Source: Hydrurus foetidus (taxonomy: Eukaryota). From it: a stretch of 35,551 nt of DNA. The translations under genes and the position numbers were made by a program. Numbering within the stretch: the first letter of the stretch is position 1; every line of letters begins with the position of its first letter. Below the pieces are notes generated by a model. It was not told the DNA's origin. It worked only from the letters and a program-made list of their open reading frames with translations, and did no database searches. The stretch covers positions 1-35,551 of the forward strand of contig UYFQ01000544.1 of the NCBI GenBank assembly GCA_900617105.1. Reading direction: 5' to 3'. Below, one piece after another: positions 20,866 through 31,154 of this stretch.

Positions 20866-22143
20866 GTGTGTATCCCCATGGTGTTCGACGTGGTCGACCA
20901 GGTAATCACTGATGTTTCACAATCTATTTGTACTTTATTGGTAGGTTGCCCAGGACTCTCATGGGAGAACAAAAGAGCTCTAGCGAGCTTCTTGAGGACT
21001 TCCGTTACAGCGGGGACGGCGAAGGCGTACGATGGCCAGTGGAATGGTTGGTGCACTTTTATCGAGAACCTGGATTGGAGCATGGATCCATACTTGAGAG
21101 GGGAGTCTGAAGGCGACAAGGCTGTCCTTGTTGCCCAGTACATAATGGGTAGGTATGACAACGGGGCGCGTGGTAAAGTTGCCAGCTCAGTCACTGCGGG
21201 TCTGCGACTCGCATTCACCACAGCCCTCATCCCCTGCGACTTCTTGGACTCAGCGGTCATCACGGCCGCACGCGCAGCCTGCAAATTAAGCACGGCAGAG
21301 CTGAGGGAGATAAGGAATGGAGGACCTAGGGCCACAGTGAAGCTACCGTTCTGTGAGAGCATTCTAGTGCGTATGAGAGAGCGACTATGGGTCGACGCAG
21401 GTTGGGACCTATGCGGTTTCAACTCGAGAGTGGTGTACGTGGCTTCCATGTGGGCTTATGATATGGATGCCCGAGTAAGTGAGTACACTGCTCCTGAGGC
21501 TGGAGGTGAGGATCACTGTGTTCGAGCGGGAGACTTGGAGTTTGAGCTGGCTGGTGGGGAGAGGATAAGGGGAGGGCAGGAGATGCCTCCGCCGACAACG
21601 GTACTGCGGTGCTGGGTGAAGGCCGCATCGCAGAAGACAGGGTCAGCGCTGAAAATGAAGCTCATAGGGAGGAGGACCCCAGAGGAGGGTCAATTCTTGG
21701 ATGACCTAATATGCTGGGTTGCGCACTCTCAGGTGACAGAGACAGACAGGCTTTTCTCCCGCTATATCCGGCTGAAGTCTGGAAGGAGGTCCAAGAAGGA
21801 GCTGTCCGCCAGGATGATAAGGGACCAAATAAAAGAGACCTGTGTCTTCGAGAACCTGCCTGCGGAACACTTCTCAAGTCATTCCCTCCGTAAGGCTGCG
21901 ACCACTCATATGAGTGCACTAGGGGCGTCCGAGGCAGATATGAAGGACAGAGGGGGTTACTCAGCCGGATCGAGGGTTATGGCGAGCACTTATGACTATT
22001 CATCTGCCGGCCATGGACCATTGTCATCGAACGTTCTGAATGGTGGGGCTAGACCTGACATCGAGGATATCCGGCGGTTCATACCACAAGCGAGGAACTT
22101 GGACAGGGCTCACCTTGGTGTATTGGGTGAAGGTGATCGCTAA
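20866..22143 (+). CDS. ORF3 tyrosine recombinase
   Basis: ARVSEY (R), SHSLRK (HxxR), RGGYS and STYDY (catalytic Y). First ATG at 20878. The stop lies inside repeat B1. Confidence 0.92.
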   Translation: MCIPMVFDVVDQVITDVSQSICTLLVGCPGLSWENKRALASFLRTSVTAGTAKAYDGQWNGWCTFIENLDWSMDPYLRGESEGDKAVLVAQYIMGRYDNGARGKVASSVTAGLRLAFTTALIPCDFLDSAVITAARAACKLSTAELREIRNGGPRATVKLPFCESILVRMRERLWVDAGWDLCGFNSRVVYVASMWAYDMDARVSEYTAPEAGGEDHCVRAGDLEFELAGGERIRGGQEMPPPTTVLRCWVKAASQKTGSALKMKLIGRRTPEEGQFLDDLICWVAHSQVTETDRLFSRYIRLKSGRRSKKELSARMIRDQIKETCVFENLPAEHFSSHSLRKAATTHMSALGASEADMKDRGGYSAGSRVMASTYDYSSAGHGPLSSNVLNGGARPDIEDIRRFIPQARNLDRAHLGVLGEGDR

Positions 22144-22541
22144 CCCAGACCAGTACCCAGGCCACACGGCTGCCCGAGGAAGGCAAAGTACGTGTGGTCT
22201 GAGTCATAGGGAGAGTCACCGGGCGCACGAGTGCACCCCAATTAGGGTAATTCTGACTAAACTAACGAGACGGTTGTGTGGTCAGATGTAAGTACGTACG
22301 TTCAACTCTTGTGAAAAGCCTAGCAGTACGTTCCGCGACGTACGGACAGAGACCGTGGGTGAGCACGTACGAAGATGATAGTACGTACGAAAAACGACGT
22401 ACGTACGTTACGGAAGGATCTTGGAGGCTTCCGTAAGTACGCTAAGTAGGATACGTACATTTTTGTGACGGTGCACGTACGGTGTGAGACGTACGACTAA
22501 CCGTGTGACGCCAGAGATCGTGGCCGTGTAAAGAAATAGAA
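22124..22541 (+). repeat. Split direct repeat B1
   Basis: 418 bp, one difference seen versus 23017-23434. Confidence 0.93.
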
Positions 22542-22930
22542 TTGTGAGACGCCGGGAACTTCGTGGACTTGCGGAATGGGTTCTCTGGATTGGAGACGGC
22601 GAGATTCGGTCCCAAGTCATTTTTCCACTGGATCTAGGATCCATTGTGCGACTCAAGGATTCATAGTGGGATCTCGAATTGAATTGCACGACTGATTCCA
22701 AAGCAGCTGTAGATGCAGATGTAGATGTAGGAAGCCGTTTTCAGTTTCGTGTGTGTGTACTTACACGGTGTAGGACATTGTCACGTACGCGTTAAAAGAG
22801 CATACATTGCACTGCAAATCCTTCAGTTTCTTGCAACTCTATATGCATGTCTCTTGCAGCTAGATTACTGTAGATAGCAGTCCGTTTTAGCAATTTCGGG
22901 TGACGAAGTTTCAAGCTAAAGAGTCTTTTT
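22542..22930 (+). repeat. Split direct repeat A2
   Basis: Copy of A1, directly abutting B1 (ATAGAA|TTGTGAG). Confidence 0.93.
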
Positions 22931-23016
22931 TTTTCACCCCGTAGCCAGCCATACCTATCATGAAATGTTGTGTAATTGTGTTTTATTTGTTTTGCCCGAC
23001 CACAAGTGTGCCCGGA

Positions 23017-23434
23017 TGGGTGAAGGTGATCGCTAACCCAGACCAGTACCCAGGCCACACGGCTGCCCGAGGAAGGCAAAGTACGTGTGGTCTGAGTCAT
23101 AGGGAGAGTCACCGGGCGCACGAGTGCACCCCAATTAGGGTAATTCTGACTAAACTAACGAGACGGTTGTGTGGTCAGATGTAAGTACGTACGTTCAACT
23201 CTTGTGAAAAGCCTAGCAGTACGTTCCGCGACGTACGGACAGAGACCGTGGGTGAGCACGTACGAAGATGATAGTACGTACGAAAAACGACGTACGTACG
23301 TTACGGAAGGATCTTGGAGGCTTCCGTAAGTACGCTAAGTAGGACACGTACATTTTTGTGACGGTGCACGTACGGTGTGAGACGTACGACTAACCGTGTG
23401 ACGCCAGAGATCGTGGCCGTGTAAAGAAATAGAA
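23017..23434 (+). repeat. Split direct repeat B2
   Basis: Copy of B1, ending at the junction with the host TIR. Confidence 0.93.
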
Positions 23435-23505
23435 CAAATGATATTTAGTACCGGGTAGTATCAGTGTTTGCTTTTTCCGGTTTAATTCAATTTTGGTGGA
23501 CTTCC
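23435..23505 (-). repeat. Outer part of the right TIR of the Pangu-like element
   Basis: caaatgatatttagtaccgggtagtatc...ggtggacttcc, reverse complement of 11857-11928. Confidence 0.9.
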
Positions 23506-23638
23506 ACTCTCTTGAATACCCCCTTGCTTGTATTCAGTCATCATGCAAGAGGTATCAAAGACAGGTCGGGACAGAAAAAAACAGGTAACAAAAATGCTAA
23601 TCCACTTCTCGCAGTAATATATCTGGTGAACCTGTTCC

Positions 23639-24208
23639 ATGATCTTAGAACTTCTTCGAGCGGTCCCTCCATTTCTGGCATCCCTGTCGTCCATTTTGTC
23701 GATCTGTTTCAGCTTCTTCGTACCTTGGTCATATCCCAACTTTTTAGAGGATGAATCAGATTATCAGATATTCCTGCCCACCCAGCTGGGCTTGACAGTG
23801 ATATTCCAGGGAGAAACTTTAGAGGAGAATGTCAGACCATTCATTGTTGCAACAATTATCGCCGTCATTTTCTTAGCAGTATCAGCGATTGTGAGCTGTA
23901 CATCTATATTTGACAGTTTCATTAGCTACTGGAAGAACAGTAGCATTCGCTCGGATCAGCAAAATTTGCTCCTTATATTGGCGCTGGCTTCTAACTCACT
24001 GGCTGTTGGATCATATGTGTTGGTAACAGCTTCACACATGAACGGGGGCTACTACTCAAGTGGAGTTTGGCTCAATGCCTTTACAATTCTAGCGGGCTTA
24101 TTCTGCAGTCTGATATCTACAATCGCGGATACTGAAATAAGGAGATATGATAGTCTACTCAATCTTCGTATTGCTCCAAAACTACCGTACATGTCAATCA
24201 ATAATTAG
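23639..24208 (+). CDS. Hypothetical membrane protein, about 4 hydrophobic segments
   Basis: 189-aa ATG-started ORF with four hydrophobic stretches (tetraspan-like layout); no family recognised. Confidence 0.55.
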   Translation: MILELLRAVPPFLASLSSILSICFSFFVPWSYPNFLEDESDYQIFLPTQLGLTVIFQGETLEENVRPFIVATIIAVIFLAVSAIVSCTSIFDSFISYWKNSSIRSDQQNLLLILALASNSLAVGSYVLVTASHMNGGYYSSGVWLNAFTILAGLFCSLISTIADTEIRRYDSLLNLRIAPKLPYMSINN

Positions 24209-24578
24209 TAGCTGCTGATATCAAAGGAATACGATATTTGAAGCATGTCTCTCGGAAAAGCTTAGTTACAGAGATGTTGGAGGGTCGTACCGTGTCTAAA
24301 GATTCCTTTCGGAGTTGGCGCCAGAACTGCTAGTAGGAAAACGAAATGCGTCAGCTGAATTCTATGCGCTATTCGTCGTATAAAACAAATTAAGGTCCGA
24401 AATAAATACACGTGGAAGTACAAATATATTACCAAACTTCAAATGTTGATGACGGCGTGGATACCAAACAGAAAATCTGTGCATGTACTGTAGCTATAAA
24501 GAAATGATCCCCGAGGAGCCGAAAGGAGAGAGCTGAGGGCGCGACCGAGGATTGTCGAATGTTTGACTGTACTACCCT

Positions 24579-26128
24579 CTAAGGGTCAGCAATCTCGTCA
24601 TCCGTGTTCGATGCGCTTAGGCTTATCATAGACGACGAAGAGCGGCATTTTGTAATGCTTGGCATGACTCCTTTGCTCATGTGTGCGCAAAGTCGTATGG
24701 GCTTGAGGTACACAGCGACCACTTTGCTGCTGTCGTTTTCATCGCCCAGACAGACGAGCATGTTATCTTTCGGAATGAGAGTCCAGTGGCACTTCGCACC
24801 TAGAGAACTCGCGTCTTCTCTATCGTAGCACGAGTCGCTCCTATCTCTAGCCTCGTCTGCCATTTGCAAGGACTGCGTGACGGGGTCGGATCCCACACAG
24901 GGGGTGAGATCTTCCCCTGACAGCGGGGCGCTCGATATTACGATCTCACAGGCATCTTGACACCCAACAGAGTCGAAGCGGCCATTCTTGCATGTGAACT
25001 CTGACCCGTATTTGTAGTACAGAGAGGGCGGCATCTGGGACCCATTGCGATACCGGGTGGCGATCACATTGATGCCGTCAGTTATCACCAAGTTCAGGGA
25101 GCAGGGTTCTGTTATACCGGATTCCGCACACAGCTCAAGTATCGTAGCAATTGTTTTCTCTGTTGCGTTGATGGTGTCTTCGATATCGGTGGCCTCTGAT
25201 TTGTTAGTTAGATACGTCAAGAACAGAGCGAATATGTACTCGCTATCCGTACTTCCGTTTATGCACAGGAAGCAGTCGTTGGACATACGGTTTATCATTC
25301 CTCTCTTCATCATGTCGAAGTTGTGGATCCCTACACAAGCATAGTTGTTGAATGAGCAACCACAACAGGAGACGTTCCGCAAATTAATATATTTCGGAAA
25401 TAATTACCTCCATTATGCATGAAAGTCCACCTTCCAAACTTGAACGGATGACAGTTCTCATTGCTAACTATTACTCTCTCTGTGTGATCGTGACCTGATG
25501 ATGCCGCTCTCACATGAGCCATTATCAAGTTTGAGTAGATGTAATCCCCTAAGTTTCTCAAATTGTTGTTTGACCACGCGGGGGTAATGAATTTGAACAC
25601 GCAACTTCCTCGAGTAGAGTCTGATCCATACCTGGAGTAAAAGTAACATCAATGTATTTAAGTCGCGAATCCGGTGACTTGATGTCAAAGGCTTTCGCGC
25701 AGTCAGAAAGTCTATGGGAAGTGATGTACGCGGAATCATCAACATGAAAGCGTGCCAGAAGTTTACGTCCTTACCATGCTACACCGAAGCCGTCCCCGTT
25801 GACTAATATGTTTCTTTTATGTCTCCTGTCGACGACACCTGTAAACCATGCGGCATCGAGAAGTAGTTAGAAGTGAGAAAGCAAATACCTACAACCTTAT
25901 TTTAAGCCTAAACAATCAAGATATCAAGATTGCGGTACCTGGATGGTAGTGAGCATCTCTGCTTTGTCTTATGAGCGAGTTCTCCGGTCTATCGGTGGTT
26001 ATCGTACGGAGCGGGCATCACCACGACTCCGATAATCTGGTTGTCGGATGAATTCAAAAGGTTACTTACTTGATAATCAAATCACCAACTAAGATCTCTC
26101 TTCCTTTGTAAACTGTCAGACGACACAT
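24579..26128 (-). CDS. Class-II glutamine amidotransferase (Ntn hydrolase; DUG3/EgtC/YafJ-like), five exons
   Basis: Spliced reading MCRLTVYKG (Cys2 nucleophile)...PENSLIRQS...NGDGFGVAW...PAWSNNNL...AHVRAAS...NCHPF...FMHNGGI...GSTDSEYIFALFL, with GT-AG introns. Confidence 0.9.
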
Positions 26129-26487
26129 TCTGTACTGTAGCTATCGAGATCCAAAGGACAGCTCACTTTCCTGTCGATCACTTCAACGTATCGAAGTTCC
26201 CAAAGGTCGATCTAACTCCTATGAAATTATACGTCGTCTCCACGGCTTGAATCAAGCGACGCTCATTTAATTGGACAGTTTGTGGATGGGGGATCCTACA
26301 GCCATTTAACAACGTGATGCATCTCTTCTTGAGAACGCTTTTGAGGACCAGTTGTGCTTGCTGTACTGATAGTTATCGGATAAAGATGCATCAGACGATC
26401 GATCAGATTCAAACCCCCTTGTTCAAAGGATGGGATGGGATTGTTGATCCGCGTACTGTACGTCCACGCAGTACGTACGTTGGCACA

Positions 26488-26553
26488 GCCCGTACACTCC
26501 ATGTCGTACGCCCGTACACTCCATGTCGTACGCCCGTACACTCCATGTCGTAC
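26488..26553 (+). repeat. 3 x 22-bp perfect tandem repeat GCCCGTACACTCCATGTCGTAC
   Basis: Directly visible, no spacers. Confidence 0.9.
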
Positions 26554-27210
26554 GCTATTAGATTCAAACACATGCAGTGCAGTCACAGTATTTCATAGTC
26601 AACTTGCAATTTCACATCTCACACATAATTTAATTCCAACACCCGTGAAACAAGTCCTTCGTTTCACATTTGGTACGCAATTTAATCTGCGATATCAACA
26701 GTTCCGGCCAGGAAATTCCGAATTTTGCCAGCGTTATCCCTGTAATCAATGATGTGGATTACAAAATGCAAGTCTCGACATGGACGACGTTAGAAAATAA
26801 ATGAATCGAGGCGACAGCTCGCACGAATAGCCAACTCAATAGCGTCCGGTCTCATCGGTATCACGGCCGGACAGAAGGAAATCCGACGCAATGATATCTC
26901 GGTACAGTCCTGCAGATATTGAACCAATGAATTAACTTCGATTCAAGCAGTTCCGTCATCAATATTCGACGCGTCACTTACCTTCAAAACGAACGAATAA
27001 GAGACGCCTCAAGAAATCCTCCAGATGTATCGAATCCAGTGCTCCAAAGCAGCGACGTCTTGGCTATACCCGTGATCGAAGGCGTCCGATTGCTGCGGAG
27101 GACAAGAGAGTCGTCCAATGGATTCCATTTCAAGAGCAGGAGTCATGACAACTGACAACACACGTGCAGGTGATTTTATTTGCAAAATTTTAACCGAACA
27201 ATAAACGCTA

Positions 27211-27657
27211 CCCAGCAAAATTTTACCTTTTTCTAAAGTAATGTGGAACATCCACCAATTTTCACTGGTGGCAGAATTTATTTATCTAGTGGCAGAATTA
27301 TATCATTCAGTGGCAGAATGGCAGCAGAATTCTGCTAACAGAATCTAAAAATTTAGTGGCAGAATCGACGAATGCCAACACCAGCCCCAATAATTTGCCA
27401 TATGCATAAGCCGCTGTCTGCTTTTTACATGTACGTACGTTCGTACTTACGCTTGCATATGTGCATATTGCATATATATATCCAGAACTGCATATTGCCT
27501 ATGTAATTTTGAACTTTTTTGCATATTGGCCAACGCAGAAAATTTTCGTAGGAGAATAGTTTCGCTGTCTCAAGCTAAGCGTCAAGCCGTCGAGAGTCAA
27601 TAAAGATGAAAAGTCGTACTCCGTATATACACGCAGACGGTACATATTGTGACTGGG
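27211..27657. mobile_element. Candidate non-autonomous TIR element (CCCAG...CTGGG flanked by TA)
   Basis: TA|CCCAG at 27209 and CTGGG|TA at 27653, with clusters of TGGCAGAAT (27269-27365) and GCATAT (27400-27527) motifs between. Termini are too short to be certain. Confidence 0.3.
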
Positions 27658-28124
27658 TACTGCTGCTGTTAATTTGTGCTATCATACCATAGAAGCACAT
27701 CTCATCTTTGCTTTTGATGGGATATTTTTGACCAGCAGATAGAAATATTACTGTGACGGACTATCTATATCCGTAAAATTTACTGATTTGTTTTGAATAA
27801 ACAGACCTCAAGTGTGTCGCATTGGTCTCACACCGTAGAAAAACAGTCGTATTTCTATTAGTTGAATTTCCCTAAATTACTGTCAATTCTAAGAGTACTT
27901 CGTGCGCGCCTGTACTATTATTGGCTTGTAGACTGCTGGTCTCGATTACGGGGAATAAAACAGTCGTCAAAAGAATCAAGACAAAACAATGCTTTAAGTC
28001 AGCCAATGACTTAGACATATGAGAAATCTGCTAAGGTGACATTCCATGATGCGCCTGACTTGTCACGTGTTGTGTAGTGTGCCTCGCTTGTCGCAGGTGC
28101 TGTGCTTCGCTCACGTGACGCTTT

Positions 28125-29293
28125 TCACTCATGACGACCCATGCTGAACACCCACCTTTAGTGGCACACAGCAATCACAAATTAAAAATGCACCGTAAAT
28201 TTCTCGTTCAGAATAGTGGTTTGAGTGGCAAATAGAATACTAACCCAGGGTTCTCTTGTTGCTGTCCTGCGGAAAGCTCTCCGACTTCTGCTTGGACACC
28301 TAAAACGAGAGATTGCAATCGCATTCGCAGCAATATCAGTGCAATTGCCTTCATACACACAAGATTAGTGCGATTATTTGCAGAACGTGATTTGAGTCGG
28401 AGAATTCTAGATGCGCTATGATTACTGTTTACCGAGATAATATGCCAGCTTTCGGTCACTGTCATATATGGGGCATATAAAAAATTGATTGTGAAACGTC
28501 TGGCCGTTCTTCTTATAGTTCAGTAGGCAGACGCTCAGCTCCTCTTCATGTTTAATGGCTTGACTGATCTTCTGTATCTCGTTTTTATCAGTATCCTTTC
28601 CCTGAGTAATTCCACGTTTTGTTCAGTTAAAGAATTGTCATGTTGTATCGAGACAGATCCCACAAATTCTAACCGACCAACTGACTGCTGAGAGAATCTT
28701 TCTGGCTACCTGCAGGAAGCGGCAGTTTCTGTTCACGATCTCATGTGATGCATAGCCAGTGAAGGTGCAGAAAGCATCGCTGCAGAATATTGTGTCAAGT
28801 TTCTGTGAGAAGCAGCTTTGTAAGCACATTCAGTAATGCATATAAAGCCAACATAGCACCATCGTTGCCAAGATTTTGTCAGCAAAATGAAAACATGCTG
28901 TTGCTATGGGGATACCTAGATCAAAATGAAAGAGCACGCCTACAAGAATTACCTGGCGTAAACGAGTGGATTATCGGGCAAGCTGGGATCAGATAAGACA
29001 AAGCAACATTTACTAGACATCTGGTTCAACATGTCTGCATCGTTACAGAATAAATTAATTATGAAGACAACTTCCAGCTCGAATAATACTGAAGAAATTC
29101 TTAAGCGACGATGCCTAAGTTAGAAGTACGTACCGATGACGATCATATCTTTCAGGCTTAGACTCTTAGGAGTTTGAAAAGGTGTTCCAGCATCTTTTCC
29201 CCTGCTGCGTTCCTCCCTGCGAATCGACCAAAATCGGAGTGCACATGCTAGAGCCGTTGCACCAGCGCATATCGCTACTTCGTTAGAAAGCAT
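28125..29293 (-). CDS. Short LOV-domain (PAS) flavoprotein with N-terminal hydrophobic anchor, six exons, 188 aa
   Basis: Exons 29293-29134, 29034-28953, 28779-28710, 28601-28433, 28299-28245, 28155-28125 (567 nt, all GT-AG). They give FVLSDPSLPDNPLVYASDAFCTFTGY...NRNCRFLQGKDTD...LLNYKKNGQTFHNQFFICP...YYLGVQ. Confidence 0.9.
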
Positions 29294-31154
29294 TCTTAAT
29301 CTCAATACACCACTGCAAATAACTCCCTCAAGGACAAACTTAAACGAATGATTCCGTCGAGGCTCTATATCACGGACATCGTAATTTCAACGAGAGCAGG
29401 CGACGCCGATTACCAGCTACTGTCACGTGAGGTAATAGATTTGAGTAGGTATGTGAAATGTGAAGGCCGTTTCTACGCAAGAGCTATTCGCTAAAAAACT
29501 TCAACCTTCATGCGTTACGGTCAACTACCGTACCGTATACGTAGGTACCCACACCATCGGATGCATTCACAAAACCGTATAGAAGTCACGGAAAGTTAAA
29601 AAAATTTATTTTAGCGATTTTTTTCTGAGAAGTGTACACATCGAGCGGATATTTTTGTTGTCTATGTTCGAGCACGGCGACGTGGACGAGGTTGGCAAGC
29701 TACATTTGGTCGCGAAACAGTGTTGGAGACGTTATGATATTGGATAATTTGGATTGTTAATCAAGAAAAGGAAACGATGATGAAACGCAAATCTATCTTC
29801 AAAACACCGATCGAATTACACAGACATTTCAATTTGAACTCGTGTGGTCCTCGAGGGAAATAAATTTCTCGATTGAACTCAAGTTAGTTATCGTACACTA
29901 TACTATATACTGTTTCATCCGATCAATCGGTAATGAAAAGTCTCGTATAGTGATGTATGCCAGTTGGTGCAGTTTGGAATACATTTTGTGAGTTGGTTGG
30001 CGATGTTTTGCGAACGGTCGTGAATTGCCGACAACGTGATCACAGTGACTTTGATCCGAGGTTGACAAACGAGGTCACCGAGAGGTAGTCGTGAATCAAC
30101 CAACGGTCATAATATCCAGTATCTGGTAAGTGAAAGGTGCGTTATGAAATGTACGTACGTTCATGCAATAGTAGATGCATTACCACTGAACGTGTATCTA
30201 GGCTACGCTACTATATCTGCAGCTACCATACAACAGATGTAACTAGTGAGTCTGACATGCGGTGATGACCCTGGCAACCACACTTCACCATGTGATGATT
30301 TTTGATTCAATGTTTCGGAGGCGCACGGGTAGAGATACGAAGATGATGTCGCCAGTATCTTACCGTGGGAGAAGTGTTCAGGCTTAGCTTATTCCAGCAG
30401 TAATATATTGCAGCAGCGTAACAGCGTAGAGTTAAGGTGCGAATTGTCATGAGAACTCGGACTTTCATTTCTTTGAACGTACGTACCTCCTTCAGCGCGT
30501 TAGTGAGTTGAGTCCACATGGTCGTTCGGTGTCATGTGTGCAATTAATCTATCTCGTTTTCTGACTCTTTCGTTTTTATTCTGCAGCTATTTGTCCCACA
30601 GGTGACATCCCGCTTTACATAATCGATTATTCTCCCTTGTGATAATTACATCATCATTGATTTTCCCCGCTGTAATCGGTGTGCCGCTTTTTCAGAGGTG
30701 TTCTATTGTTACACATCTCTTACTTGTCAGCCATTATCACCAACATATTCAAAGTTGTGATGTAATAACAAAAATAATCAGTAATCGCATACGGTATAAT
30801 TTATGATTTAAGCCGTCAGTAAACGTGTCGGCTCAGGGTTTGTATATTGAATAGAAAAAAGAATATTCATAAGATCACTCAGTAGTGGTTGACACATCAC
30901 TATGCTCTATTATTGGATCTACTGTGTGACTAAAACGTTATTTTGTTGCGTAGTGGGTGTTGAAAGAGGAATCAAGTATTGACCTCTTGCCGATTGACTA
31001 CGTAAAAGTGGAGGATGCTAATTGAATATAAGAAAGAATATTGAGATGTATATACGGTTTGGGAATTATCTCAAAAAATGGTGCTGTAGTTATGCTACCG
31101 ATAAGCCGATTGATGAAGTACAGTCGAGCGAAGGCAGATACGCCTCTATATATT

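Larger units (their letters stand above)
16472..23434 (+). mobile_element. Ngaro-like tyrosine-recombinase (DIRS order) retrotransposon with split direct repeats A1-ORFs-B1-A2-B2
   Basis: A1 16472-16861 = A2 22542-22930; B1 22124-22541 = B2 23017-23434. Gag-like, RT/RNase H and YR ORFs. No TSD. No methyltransferase domain seen. Confidence 0.95.
11857..23505. mobile_element. PHIS-superfamily (Pangu-like) DNA transposon with a cargo gene, interrupted by a YR retrotransposon
   Basis: ~85-bp TIRs GGAAGTCCA...TACTACCCGGTACTAAATATCATTTG (11857-11940 versus 16458-16471 + 23435-23505). 3-bp TSD GCT/ACT with one mismatch. DDE transposase and DUF6818-like ORF present. About 4.7 kb after removing the nested element. 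Confidence 0.88.

Noticed and set aside
20866..22143. Phage integrase / prophage or Crypton interpretation of the YR gene
   Set aside because: Linked to RT/RNase H and split direct repeats, so it is a DIRS-order retrotransposon
22124..23434. Hammerhead or twister ribozyme in the terminal repeats
   Set aside because: No CUGANGA...GAAA core or convincing twister consensus found by eye; left to an Infernal search
26488..26553. Possible CRISPR-like array
   Set aside because: Units are contiguous with no spacers, there are no cas genes, and the context is eukaryotic
29400..31000. Short minus-strand ORFs (29915-30103, 30307-30519)
   Set aside because: No recognisable motifs or consistent splice model
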